Assembly (NCBI GenBank): GCA_028864975.1
Contig: JAGWLG010000038.1
Location: 1-33,449, forward strand
Direction of reading: 5' to 3'
DNA from: Thermoplasmata archaeon
GTDB taxonomy: Archaea > Thermoplasmatota > Thermoplasmata > Lutacidiplasmatales > UBA184
DNA length: 33,449 bases
The notes below the pieces were generated by a model. It did no database searches. It saw only the letters and a program-made list of their open reading frames with translations, and was not told where the DNA came from. Positions 7,668 to 15,527 of this stretch are shown here, one piece after another (position 1 is the stretch's first letter; each line of letters opens with the position of its first letter). Made by a program: the position numbers and the translations under genes.

Positions 7668-10135
7668 GGCCCCGCCTCGGTCCCCCGCGCGCGCCCTTCG
7701 TCCTGCAGGTCGCGGAGGTCCCGTCGGAGCATCTGGGCGGTCCGGGAGAGCTCCAGCCCCTCGACCAGTCCCTCGGCCTCCCGGACCCGCTGGTCCCGCA
7801 ACGGCCCGTCCCCCCGCAGCTGCGCGGCAATGGCGAGGCGGTAGAGCGCCTCCACCTCGGTGCGTCGATGGGACGCGGCGCGGCCGACCTCCAGGGCCTC
7901 TTTCGCGCGCGCTTCGGCCCGGTCGATGAGGGCGAGGCGGCCGGCGATGTCCGTTGCGTAGATCAGCGCCCTCCCTTCTCGCTCACGGTCCCCCAGGACC
8001 CGCGCGAGCTCGACCGACGTGTCCGCGAGCCCCTGGGCCTCCTTCAGCTCTCCCTTCGCGATGTGGTTCGAGGCCTTCCGCAACATCGCATCCATGAGCC
8101 GCCAGACCTCCGGTACCTCGGGGACAAGGGCGCGGGTGCGGGCATCCGTCTCCCGCGCTGCCTTCTCGTCGTTAAGGGAGCGTTCGATCGCCGCCCTCCC
8201 CAGCTCGGCAAAGAGCGCCCCCGCTCTGTCCCCCGCCTGGAGGAGCATCGCGATGCCCTCTTCGAGCTTCCGTGTCGAGGCCTCGCGGCTCGAAGGGTCC
8301 AGCATGAACTCCACGTCCGCGATCGCCGTGAGGGTCCGTCCGATCTCCACACGGGGGGCCCTCGCCCGCTCCAGGGCTTCCAGGCACCCCTGCAGGTCCT
8401 CTCTCGCCCCGGGATATTCTCCGGCGCCGTAGGAGATGCGGGAGCGGAATCGCAACACCCAGGCGATGCCCAACGGGTCGTTCGCGCCCCGAAACCGCTC
8501 CAGCGCCTCGTCGGCCAAGGTCCGCGCGACGGCCACGTCCCCTCGCCGCGCGGTCACCCGCGCAAGGTCCAGCAGCACCCCGGCGTACGGGGAGCCGCCC
8601 TCGTGCAGGTTGCGCAGAAGGTCGCGCGAGCGGGAGAGCGAGAGCGAGGCCGCCTCGTCCTGCCCGAGCGCATAGGCCACCGACCCCATCTCGTGGAGCA
8701 GGAGCGCCTCGCCGCGAGCGTCCTGCGGAGAGACCCGCTTCTGGACGGAGAGCATCTGCTCCAGGAGGTCCTTCTCCCTCGGGAGCGACCCCGCGGCCCG
8801 CGCGAGCTCGAGGGCGCTCCGCAGGTACTCGAGCGCCTTCGGGTCGACCTTGCCCTGGGTGAAGTGGTAGGTCAGGGCGAAGATGCGGGAGGCGTCCTTG
8901 CCCCCCGGAAGCCCTTCGACCGCTTCCGCGACCTTGCGATGGAGCACCCGACGGCGCGCGGCGGTGAGCTCCTTGTAGGTCCTCTGCCGCGTCCCTTCCT
9001 CGGAGAACTCGTAGACCGCGCCGGTCCGCTCGACCAGGAATCCCAGGTGCACGAGCTCCTCCAGCAGTTCCGCCGTCCTCTCCTCATCACCCCCGAAGGA
9101 ACGTCGAAGCAGCTCGAACGATGAGGAGGGCCCCGCTACCGAAGCCAGGGAGAGCAGACGTTCTTGCTCCTCGGTCAGGGCGGGGGCACCGTCCTCCTCC
9201 TCGCGCCCCCCCTCCTCCGAGGCCATCTTGGGGAGCGTACCTTGCGTCTGGTAGGCGCGCACCAATCGAAGCGCGACCCCCGGCATCCCCTGCGACCTCC
9301 CCACGACCTCCTCGAGCACCGACGGGGGTACGGGAGCCCGCAAGGGCGCGCCCTCGTCCAGGAACCGTCTCAGCTCGGTCGTGTCCATCGGCGCGAGCGG
9401 CCTCCGCACCGCCGTCCGGGAGAGGAAGGTCCGTTCGAGCGCCCGACGGAGCGGGGGGGCGAGATCCTCCTCCGCGGAGTAGGTGAGGAGGAGCCAGAGC
9501 GGCACCTCGGTCCTCCACTCGAGGAGGACCGCGACCAGGTCGGCGGAGACCGCATCGGCGAGCTCCAGGTCCTCGAGCGCAAGGAGGAGCGGGGCCTCGC
9601 GCGCGCGGTCGACCAGGAACCGCCGGATCTGCGTCAGCAGGCGGGAGCGCTTCTCGAGCGCCGCCTGGTTCGCGTCGGCCAGCGACCGGACGAGGCGGTC
9701 GTACTCCTCCTGCGTCGCGGCGGAGGCGTCCGGCGCTCCGCCCTCCGGTTCGGGGGCGAGCCCCGCGCCGAGGACCAGGGTCGTGAGCTCAAGGGGGCCG
9801 TGCGGCGAGATCTCCCGCGAGGAACCCTCTGTCTCGGTGGAGGCCGGCTCACCCGACCGATGCCAGGAGGCGAGCGCCCCGCGGAAGAGCGAGAGCGGAG
9901 CGAGCGCGTCGTCCTTCTCCGCGCGGCAGAGCAGCGTGTCGAACCCTTCCTGCTCTGCAGCACGCCGCGCGGCCTCCACCACCCAGGCGGTGCCCAGGTC
10001 CGGGGCCCCGACGAGGCACGTGGAGAGGGTCGTCGACCCCCCCCGGACCTCCTCCCGGTCTCGGGCCAGTTCGCGGAGCAGAGCCTCCCGGATCCGAGGG
10101 GCCTGGGGAACACCTGTCGCGGTGGAGGAGATCAT
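7664..10135 (-). CDS. STAND-type NTPase-fold + winged-helix + TPR protein with degenerate nucleotide-binding motifs
   Basis: Walker A position LVGAPDLGTA, Walker B PLLLALEDLELAD, LLLTYSAEE, RSQGMP, LLSLASVAG, ELLEELVHLGFL and Y..L....RR.LHRKVAEA, followed by ~400 aa of TPR-like helices. ATG at 10135; the stop overlaps the MTase stop in CTAG. Confidence 0.85.
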   Translation of the reverse strand: MISSTATGVPQAPRIREALLRELARDREEVRGGSTTLSTCLVGAPDLGTAWVVEAARRAAEQEGFDTLLCRAEKDDALAPLSLFRGALASWHRSGEPASTETEGSSREISPHGPLELTTLVLGAGLAPEPEGGAPDASAATQEEYDRLVRSLADANQAALEKRSRLLTQIRRFLVDRAREAPLLLALEDLELADAVSADLVAVLLEWRTEVPLWLLLTYSAEEDLAPPLRRALERTFLSRTAVRRPLAPMDTTELRRFLDEGAPLRAPVPPSVLEEVVGRSQGMPGVALRLVRAYQTQGTLPKMASEEGGREEEDGAPALTEEQERLLSLASVAGPSSSFELLRRSFGGDEERTAELLEELVHLGFLVERTGAVYEFSEEGTRQRTYKELTAARRRVLHRKVAEAVEGLPGGKDASRIFALTYHFTQGKVDPKALEYLRSALELARAAGSLPREKDLLEQMLSVQKRVSPQDARGEALLLHEMGSVAYALGQDEAASLSLSRSRDLLRNLHEGGSPYAGVLLDLARVTARRGDVAVARTLADEALERFRGANDPLGIAWVLRFRSRISYGAGEYPGAREDLQGCLEALERARAPRVEIGRTLTAIADVEFMLDPSSREASTRKLEEGIAMLLQAGDRAGALFAELGRAAIERSLNDEKAARETDARTRALVPEVPEVWRLMDAMLRKASNHIAKGELKEAQGLADTSVELARVLGDREREGRALIYATDIAGRLALIDRAEARAKEALEVGRAASHRRTEVEALYRLAIAAQLRGDGPLRDQRVREAEGLVEGLELSRTAQMLRRDLRDLQDEGRARGTEAGP

Positions 10136-10211
10136 CTCCGACCCGGGGGGGACGAGCGCACCGCAACGCTATTGAGGTTGCGCGAGGGACGTGCCCGGGG
10201 GCCTGCAGCGC

Positions 10212-10793
10212 TCAGCGCCGACGGGGAGCGGCCTCGGGTCGCCCTCGCGGGGAGGAGAGCGTCGGAGCGGCGAGCAGCGCGCCGCGCTCCAGTTCGGTCA
10301 CGGGGGGTCGCAGGCCGGAGATCAAGGACTTCGCCAGGTACACGTGCGGCGCGGCGCCCGAGCGGAGCCCCCGGAACTCCTCGGCCCCGCGCGTCACTTC
10401 GCGGTACTCGTAGTACTCCCCCTTGGGAAGGAACCAGAGCAACGTGTCATCGGTCCCTCGGGCCCCGTGCTCCCCCCGGGGGTACGTGGAGATCGCGAGG
10501 TGTCGCTCCACATCGTCGGGCAGATTGAAGACGAGCTTCCCCGTGAGCTGCGCCACCCCTACGACGCGGTTCTGCGCCATCTCCCGCGCGAAGAGCTCCG
10601 CCGACCGGTGCGTGCCGATGACCCGGAGCGTCCCCGCCCCGCGGTCGAGGAAGGCGATCGACCGCCCCGGCCGCTGGAGCCCTTCCAGGTCCTGGACGCG
10701 GCAGCCGAGGAGGTCCGCGACCTCCCCGGGAAGCTGCCCTGTGCACCAGCTGGGATGGACGGCGCGAAGGACGACGTACTCCTCGGAAGGCAT
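10212..10793 (-). CDS. hypothetical protein with two putative AbrB/SpoVT-like swapped-hairpin repeats
   Basis: ATG 10793 (MPSEEYVVL) has ATAAGTA ~21 nt upstream. Repeats GQLPGEVADLLG and AQLTGKLVFNLPDDVERHLAI resemble the AbrB pattern xKVTSKGQITIPKEIRExLGI. The family call is by eye only. Confidence 0.55.
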   Translation of the reverse strand: MPSEEYVVLRAVHPSWCTGQLPGEVADLLGCRVQDLEGLQRPGRSIAFLDRGAGTLRVIGTHRSAELFAREMAQNRVVGVAQLTGKLVFNLPDDVERHLAISTYPRGEHGARGTDDTLLWFLPKGEYYEYREVTRGAEEFRGLRSGAAPHVYLAKSLISGLRPPVTELERGALLAAPTLSSPRGRPEAAPRRR

Positions 10794-10813
10794 GGATGTG
10801 TAAGAATTCTCAA

Positions 10814-10820
10814 TACTTAT
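10814..10820 (-). promoter_or_regulatory. putative TATA box of the AbrB-like gene (overlaps the HAD gene stop codon)
   Basis: ATAAGTA on the minus strand within the AT-rich patch 10801-10820, ~21 nt upstream of ATG 10793. Confidence 0.55.
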
Positions 10821-11554
10821 GAGCCTAGCCTTTCGCAACGGAACGACCCGACACGGGGGGGTGGGTCCCCGGAAGGAAGGGGCCGCGGGTGGGCACGGAC
10901 CCCGTAGCGCAGGAGAGGCAGGAGCTTTCGAGCATCACGGGTGTCGACGGTGAGGTCCGCCCTGGCTCGCACCTCGGGGATGCGGCTGTTGAGCGCGATA
11001 CCCGACGCCACGTAGGGGAAGACCCGGGCATCGGCGAGCCCGTCGCCGAGGTGGACGACCTCCGAGGGGGAGCTCCCAGTGGCCTGCAGGAGGAGCCTCA
11101 GCCCCTCCCGCTTGTCGACGTGGACGTTACGGACCCCCTGGATGGTCCCGTCGCGAACGCTTTGCTGTACCCCGGCGAATAGGTCGAACCCGTAGTGTCG
11201 CGCGTACCACCGACAGACGTACAGGGGATTGTGGGTCAGGAGGGCGACCTTCGTCCCCCGGGCGTGGAGGGCGGCGATCGTTGGGACCAGGTGGGGAAGG
11301 TGATGCGTCCGGTCGAGGATCCCCTCGAGGTCGGAGAGCGGGAGGCCGCGCGCGAAGTTCAGGAGCCGTCGAAGGTGTTCGTCCTCCGTGGCCTCCCCGC
11401 CCACGAAGAGGTCCTGGGCACGGTCGAACGCTTCTTCCTCCCCCCGAAAGGACGCGATCGCTCGCCATCCATGCCCGATGGCGATGGTCCCGTCCACGTC
11501 GAAGGAGACGAGACGGATGGGCTTTCCGGCGTAGGGGCCTTCCTGTCGCTCCAT
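10817..11554 (-). CDS. HAD-superfamily hydrolase, phosphoserine-phosphatase-like
   Basis: Motif I LVSFDVDGTI, motif II LLTHN, motif III K (DKREGL) and motif IV HLGDGLAD. ATG at 11554. Substrate not assignable. Confidence 0.85.
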   Translation of the reverse strand: MERQEGPYAGKPIRLVSFDVDGTIAIGHGWRAIASFRGEEEAFDRAQDLFVGGEATEDEHLRRLLNFARGLPLSDLEGILDRTHHLPHLVPTIAALHARGTKVALLTHNPLYVCRWYARHYGFDLFAGVQQSVRDGTIQGVRNVHVDKREGLRLLLQATGSSPSEVVHLGDGLADARVFPYVASGIALNSRIPEVRARADLTVDTRDARKLLPLLRYGVRAHPRPLPSGDPPPRVGSFRCERLGS

Positions 11555-11636
11555 GGCCAACGTTCCAAGGGAGGAGAGCGGCCAGGGTACTCCCCAGAAA
11601 AAGAGGCCGTAGGCAGCGGGTCTTCGCGAGGCTCAA

Positions 11637-12215
11637 GTGCCCGCGGCCCCTCGATGCTCCGTGGAGGAGGAGCGGGAGCCCCCTGAGCAGGAGGGGCGCA
11701 AGCGGCCCGACGGGAAGGGTCACGACCCCGTCGGGAAAGGGGCGGCGCACCGCGTCCTGAAGCTCATGCCGGGGGGCGAGGAGGAGGGCCACCCCCTCTC
11801 GCCTACCGAGGCCCGGAAGGCCCGGGCCGCCCATGAGAGGTTCGACGTCTTGTTCACCCCGACACCGCTCGGCCTCCCCTGCTGGACCATCGAGAGCGGG
11901 AGCGGGCAGACCTACAAGGTCGTGGTCCCCGCCTTCCCGGAGCGAGAGGGGGCGCAGTGCAGTTGCCCCGACTTCCTGACGAGAGGGCTCGGGACCTGCA
12001 AGCATCTGGAGGCCACGCTTGCGCAGGCGGCCGCGTCTCCCCCCAAGGACCTCGCGCAGCGCCTCAAGGTCTCGGCCTACGCCCCAGGTTGGGCGGCCAT
12101 TGAGAGGGCCCAGGAAAACGCGCTCAGGCTCCTGGAATCCCCGGCCCCCCCGGATCCCGCGGTGGTGGCGGTCGCCCTTCGGAGGGCAGGGAGGCTCCTG
12201 ATCTCGGAGGGGTGA
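11637..12215 (+). CDS. stand-alone SWIM zinc-finger protein, start uncertain (11637, 11661 or 11766)
   Basis: YKVVV...CSCPDFLTRGLGTCKHLEA is the CxC-x(n)-CxH SWIM signature at 11958-12005. Confidence 0.8.
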   Translation: MPAAPRCSVEEEREPPEQEGRKRPDGKGHDPVGKGAAHRVLKLMPGGEEEGHPLSPTEARKARAAHERFDVLFTPTPLGLPCWTIESGSGQTYKVVVPAFPEREGAQCSCPDFLTRGLGTCKHLEATLAQAAASPPKDLAQRLKVSAYAPGWAAIERAQENALRLLESPAPPDPAVVAVALRRAGRLLISEG

Positions 12216-15200
12216 CCTCCTCCCGACGCAGGACCTCCCGGACGACGAGCACGAAGGCCACGGTGGCGAGGGCGACCAGGAAGGCCGAGACCGCGACCCA
12301 GCCCGAGGTCCAGCTCCAAGTCCAGGGGAGGACCCTCGGCGGTGCGGCGACGGTCGTGAAGCTGACCCAAGGAGACCAGGGTCCCGATAGCCCCACGGAG
12401 TTCCAGGCACGGACCCGGACCTGGTACGTGGTTCCCGGGAGGAGACCGGAGAGGACCCACTGCGTCGAGGCGCCTGTCGAGTACACCCCTGTGAGGAACG
12501 TCGTGGCGGCCGCTCCGCCGGGCGTCGGAGGCGGCTCCACCTCGAGCGTGTAGTTCACGATTCTTCCCGACCCGAGGTCGGTGGGTGCTTCCCAGGTGAT
12601 GTTCCACGTCTCCGAGACCTGTGTGGCCGTCACGTTGCCGACCGCACCCGGGGCGAGCAGCAGATCCGAGGGGACGACCTCGATCGGAAGGGAGAAGGTC
12701 GCGTTCTCCGAACCGTAGCTCGCTCGGACCGAGAGCGTCCCGTTCCCCGCAGACGCGTTCGCCTGGACCTCGAAGAGCTCGGAGGTCGCCGAGCCGACCC
12801 AGCGCCCTTCCACGCTCGACGCGAGGCTCGAGGGGGAGACGTGCGAAGACCAGCTCACGAAGGAGAACGGTCGCCCGAGCTGGTCGAACGGCGCGAGCGC
12901 GACGTACGCGTTGTTCCCTGAGAGGGTCGCGAGCCCGAGGGAGCAGCTGCCCAAGCAGGGGCCGGTCAGGTCCTGCACGTAGGCGAGGGTCGGGACGTAG
13001 GTGAAGATCGGGGTGGAGGCCAGGAACTCTATCCCACCGGGGCCCAAGACCGAGGCGTTGAGCCATCCCGCCGCCGGGTTCCCGGTGAGGGTGACGTTGA
13101 CCTCTCGCCCTCGTCCGTTCGAGATCGCCCCGAGCGAGGAGGGGGAGATCGACCAGCTCACCGGGCCCAAGGCACCCGGCACCTGCGTCGTTCCCACCGT
13201 GAAGATCGTCCCCCCGGGCACCACCGTCACTCCCATCGCCCAGGTCTCCATCGCAAAGGTCCCCTGCACGGCCTCGACGACCGCCGACGCCCCGTTCGCG
13301 GTGATGGCGATCATGGAGGCGGTCGAAGGGGGCTCCACCACGTCGAAGAGGAACTCCCCCACCACCGTTCGTCCCCCGTAGGTCCAGGTGACGTTCCCTT
13401 CCACCCACCCGGGAGCGCTCCCGGCCGTGATCTCGAGAGACGAACCCCAGCTCGACCCCGAGATCCCTCCGTCGGAGCCCGGCGCGAGCTGCCATGAGAA
13501 GTTCCCGGGAGCCCCCACCGGGTCCCCGTACTGGTCGAGGACCAGAGCGGAGAGCGGGACCGGGGCGTTCTCGAAGACGCCCCCGTAGGGAGTGACGCTA
13601 GGGGTCGACGCCACGGCCAGGGCCGAGGGGACCCGCGCATCCACCACGATCGGGAAGGAGACCGTCTGTCGCTCACCTCCCCACTGGAGCTTCTCCTCCA
13701 CGACCCCCACGCCCGGTGTGCTCCCGGCCTTGAAGACCCCCAGCTCGGGGAGGTCGCGGGGACCTCCACTACCCTGCGGGGAGACCGTGCCCAGCGAGGT
13801 GGGGAGCACGGACCAGCTCACGTTCATCTGCGGGTACTCGAGGCCGTAGTATCCTCCGGCCAGGAGGAGGTTGCCGAAGAGGTCCTGGTCGACGCCCTCG
13901 AGGTACGCGGTCGCTCCCTCGGCCACGTGGTCGGACGGTCCTCCGAAGAGGGCCACGGAGTTCACGGCGGGGGCGAGCACCGTCAGGGGGATGGGGATCG
14001 AGAGCGGAGCTCCCCCCGTGCGGTTGACCGCGGCCAGGACCGAGCCGTTCATGGGACGGGTCCCCGCCACGAAGACGACCTGGGTGCCGCCTCCCACGAG
14101 CCTTCCCAGCCCCGAGGGGTGGACCGACCACGAGACGTTGACCGCCCCGGGGTAGAGCCCGCCGTATTGGTCCACGCCCTCGACGGAGAGCGCCACGCCT
14201 TGACCGGGGAAGAGGGGGGCGGGCGAGATCGTGGGTGAGTAGAGCCCTGTCAACGTGACCGAAGGCGCCGGACCGCTCACCACGACCGTAACGGAGGAGC
14301 GGAGGGTCCCCCAGGGCCCAGAGGTGAGCGAGACGTTGATCCAGCCGCTCCCTCCCGGCCCGCGAGCGGCGAAGGTGGCGGACCCCCCCGAGGGCACGAG
14401 CGTCCCCAAGGAGGAGGGGGAAAGGGTCCACGTGAAGCTCCCCGAGGGGGCTACGCCCCATCCGTCCGAGGCGCTCACCGAGAGCGGAAGCACGTCTCCC
14501 GGTCGGAGAGAAGCGCTCTGCGGGAAGACATGGAGGGCGACGCCCGCGGACGACGGCGGCACGGAGATCTCCAGGCTCGCGTTCCTCCACGTGCCGTTCG
14601 CAAGCGTGGAAGCGTTGAGCCAACCGTCCCCGGCGGTCGCGGCGACGTGGGCGCTCACTGTGGCCCCCGCCGAGGTCGTGATCTCACCGAATCCCGCAGG
14701 CGAGAGCGTCCAAGCGACCGGGGGGATCGCCCATGGGCAGGTGGAACCCGTCTGGTCCAGAAGGCGAGGGCTCACGCTGAGGTTCGAACCCGCCTCCTCG
14801 AGGAGGCGGGAGGGCAGGTCCAGGCTCAGGAGGACGCAGGCGGGCGCGTAGACGACGACCGAGACCTGATTGGTCGCGCTCGTCCCGTTCCAAGTGGCCA
14901 CGACCGTGATGGTTCCGTTCCCCGGAAGCGCTCCCGCCGCAAAGTTCCCGCCGGAACTGACCGATCCGAGGGAGGGGGGCGCAACGCTCCAGGTCAGATT
15001 GGCCCCGAACGCGAGCGCCGCACCGACGCCGGACCAGTCGAACGCCTCCGGGTAAAGGGCACGGGTCCCCCCGACAGGTACCAGCAGGGCGCTAGGGTCG
15101 TAGGCCCCCAGGAGAGGTGAGGCCCCTGCGGAGCTCGAAGTAAGAGAATTCTGGCGGAACGCTCCGGGTACGGCATCGGTCAGGGGCGACGCGACCGGGC

Positions 15201-15339
15201 CGTGCCGGGGGACGAGAGCCCTCGGAGGGCTCCCCACGGAGGGGATCGCGAAGAGCGAGGGGAGCAAGAGGGCCACTAGGAGGAGCAACGCGAAGACCCT
15301 CGTCCCGGCCAGGGGACCCAAGCTTCGAGACCGCACCAC
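12124..15339 (-). CDS. large surface glycoprotein/adhesin-like protein: ~8 Ig-like repeats + FN3 + C-terminal TM anchor
   Basis: GTG 15339 has GGGAGGAGG ~11 nt upstream and is followed by a signal peptide (VFALLLLVALLLPSLFA). Eight repeats carry W(S/T)xxPxxLG, several preceded by DQxG. FN3: WNITWEAP...VNYTLEV...GLLPGTTYQVRVRAWNSVG.GPWS. A TM helix and basic tail follow, and there are many NxS/T sequons. Confidence 0.88.
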   Translation of the reverse strand: MVRSRSLGPLAGTRVFALLLLVALLLPSLFAIPSVGSPPRALVPRHGPVASPLTDAVPGAFRQNSLTSSSAGASPLLGAYDPSALLVPVGGTRALYPEAFDWSGVGAALAFGANLTWSVAPPSLGSVSSGGNFAAGALPGNGTITVVATWNGTSATNQVSVVVYAPACVLLSLDLPSRLLEEAGSNLSVSPRLLDQTGSTCPWAIPPVAWTLSPAGFGEITTSAGATVSAHVAATAGDGWLNASTLANGTWRNASLEISVPPSSAGVALHVFPQSASLRPGDVLPLSVSASDGWGVAPSGSFTWTLSPSSLGTLVPSGGSATFAARGPGGSGWINVSLTSGPWGTLRSSVTVVVSGPAPSVTLTGLYSPTISPAPLFPGQGVALSVEGVDQYGGLYPGAVNVSWSVHPSGLGRLVGGGTQVVFVAGTRPMNGSVLAAVNRTGGAPLSIPIPLTVLAPAVNSVALFGGPSDHVAEGATAYLEGVDQDLFGNLLLAGGYYGLEYPQMNVSWSVLPTSLGTVSPQGSGGPRDLPELGVFKAGSTPGVGVVEEKLQWGGERQTVSFPIVVDARVPSALAVASTPSVTPYGGVFENAPVPLSALVLDQYGDPVGAPGNFSWQLAPGSDGGISGSSWGSSLEITAGSAPGWVEGNVTWTYGGRTVVGEFLFDVVEPPSTASMIAITANGASAVVEAVQGTFAMETWAMGVTVVPGGTIFTVGTTQVPGALGPVSWSISPSSLGAISNGRGREVNVTLTGNPAAGWLNASVLGPGGIEFLASTPIFTYVPTLAYVQDLTGPCLGSCSLGLATLSGNNAYVALAPFDQLGRPFSFVSWSSHVSPSSLASSVEGRWVGSATSELFEVQANASAGNGTLSVRASYGSENATFSLPIEVVPSDLLLAPGAVGNVTATQVSETWNITWEAPTDLGSGRIVNYTLEVEPPPTPGGAAATTFLTGVYSTGASTQWVLSGLLPGTTYQVRVRAWNSVGLSGPWSPWVSFTTVAAPPRVLPWTWSWTSGWVAVSAFLVALATVAFVLVVREVLRREEVTPPRSGASLPSEGRPPPPRDPGGPGIPGA

Positions 15340-15404
15340 GAACCCACTATCCTCCTCCCGATATGTGGAGTTCTGGGCCAGCAAGGCCCGGGCGTCTCTC
15401 AACG

Positions 15405-15494
15405 ATGTCGGGCAAGTCAGAATAGTTTTCCATAATGTCGGATCTATTCCAACAGTTTTGCATTTTTTGACAATTATTCGCTATTTTTTTCGAA
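15405..15494. repeat. AT-rich imperfect tandem repeat with 30-bp period in a divergent promoter region
   Basis: ATGTCGG at 15405 and 15435; AATAGTTTTCCAT at 15421 and AACAGTTTTGCAT at 15451. Units 1 and 2 match at 19/30 positions. A third, weaker unit lies at 15465-15494. Confidence 0.7.
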
Positions 15495-15517
15495 CACTAT
15501 ATCGCCCTCCTAGGCCT

Positions 15518-15526
15518 GGGAGGAGG
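15518..15526 (+). promoter_or_regulatory. Shine-Dalgarno site of asparagine synthetase
   Basis: GGGAGGAGG directly upstream of ATG 15528. Confidence 0.7.
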
Positions 15527-15527
15527 C

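Noticed and set aside
6705-12215. Known defence system (R-M or Avs/antiviral STAND) or an integrated mobile element
   Set aside because: There is no nuclease or effector domain, the STAND P-loop is degenerate, and I saw no integrase, transposase, att repeat or obvious compositional shift. It is kept only as separate hypotheses in the findings.
15340-15402. Longer start (15402) for the large surface protein, and the 15365-16735 plus-strand ORF
   Set aside because: The SD-like GGGAGGAGG supports GTG 15339. The plus-strand ORF reads through the regulatory region and an alternative frame of asnA.
15405-15494. 30-bp periodic repeat considered as a CRISPR array
   Set aside because: There are only 2-3 imperfect adjacent units, no unique spacers, no leader and no cas genes.
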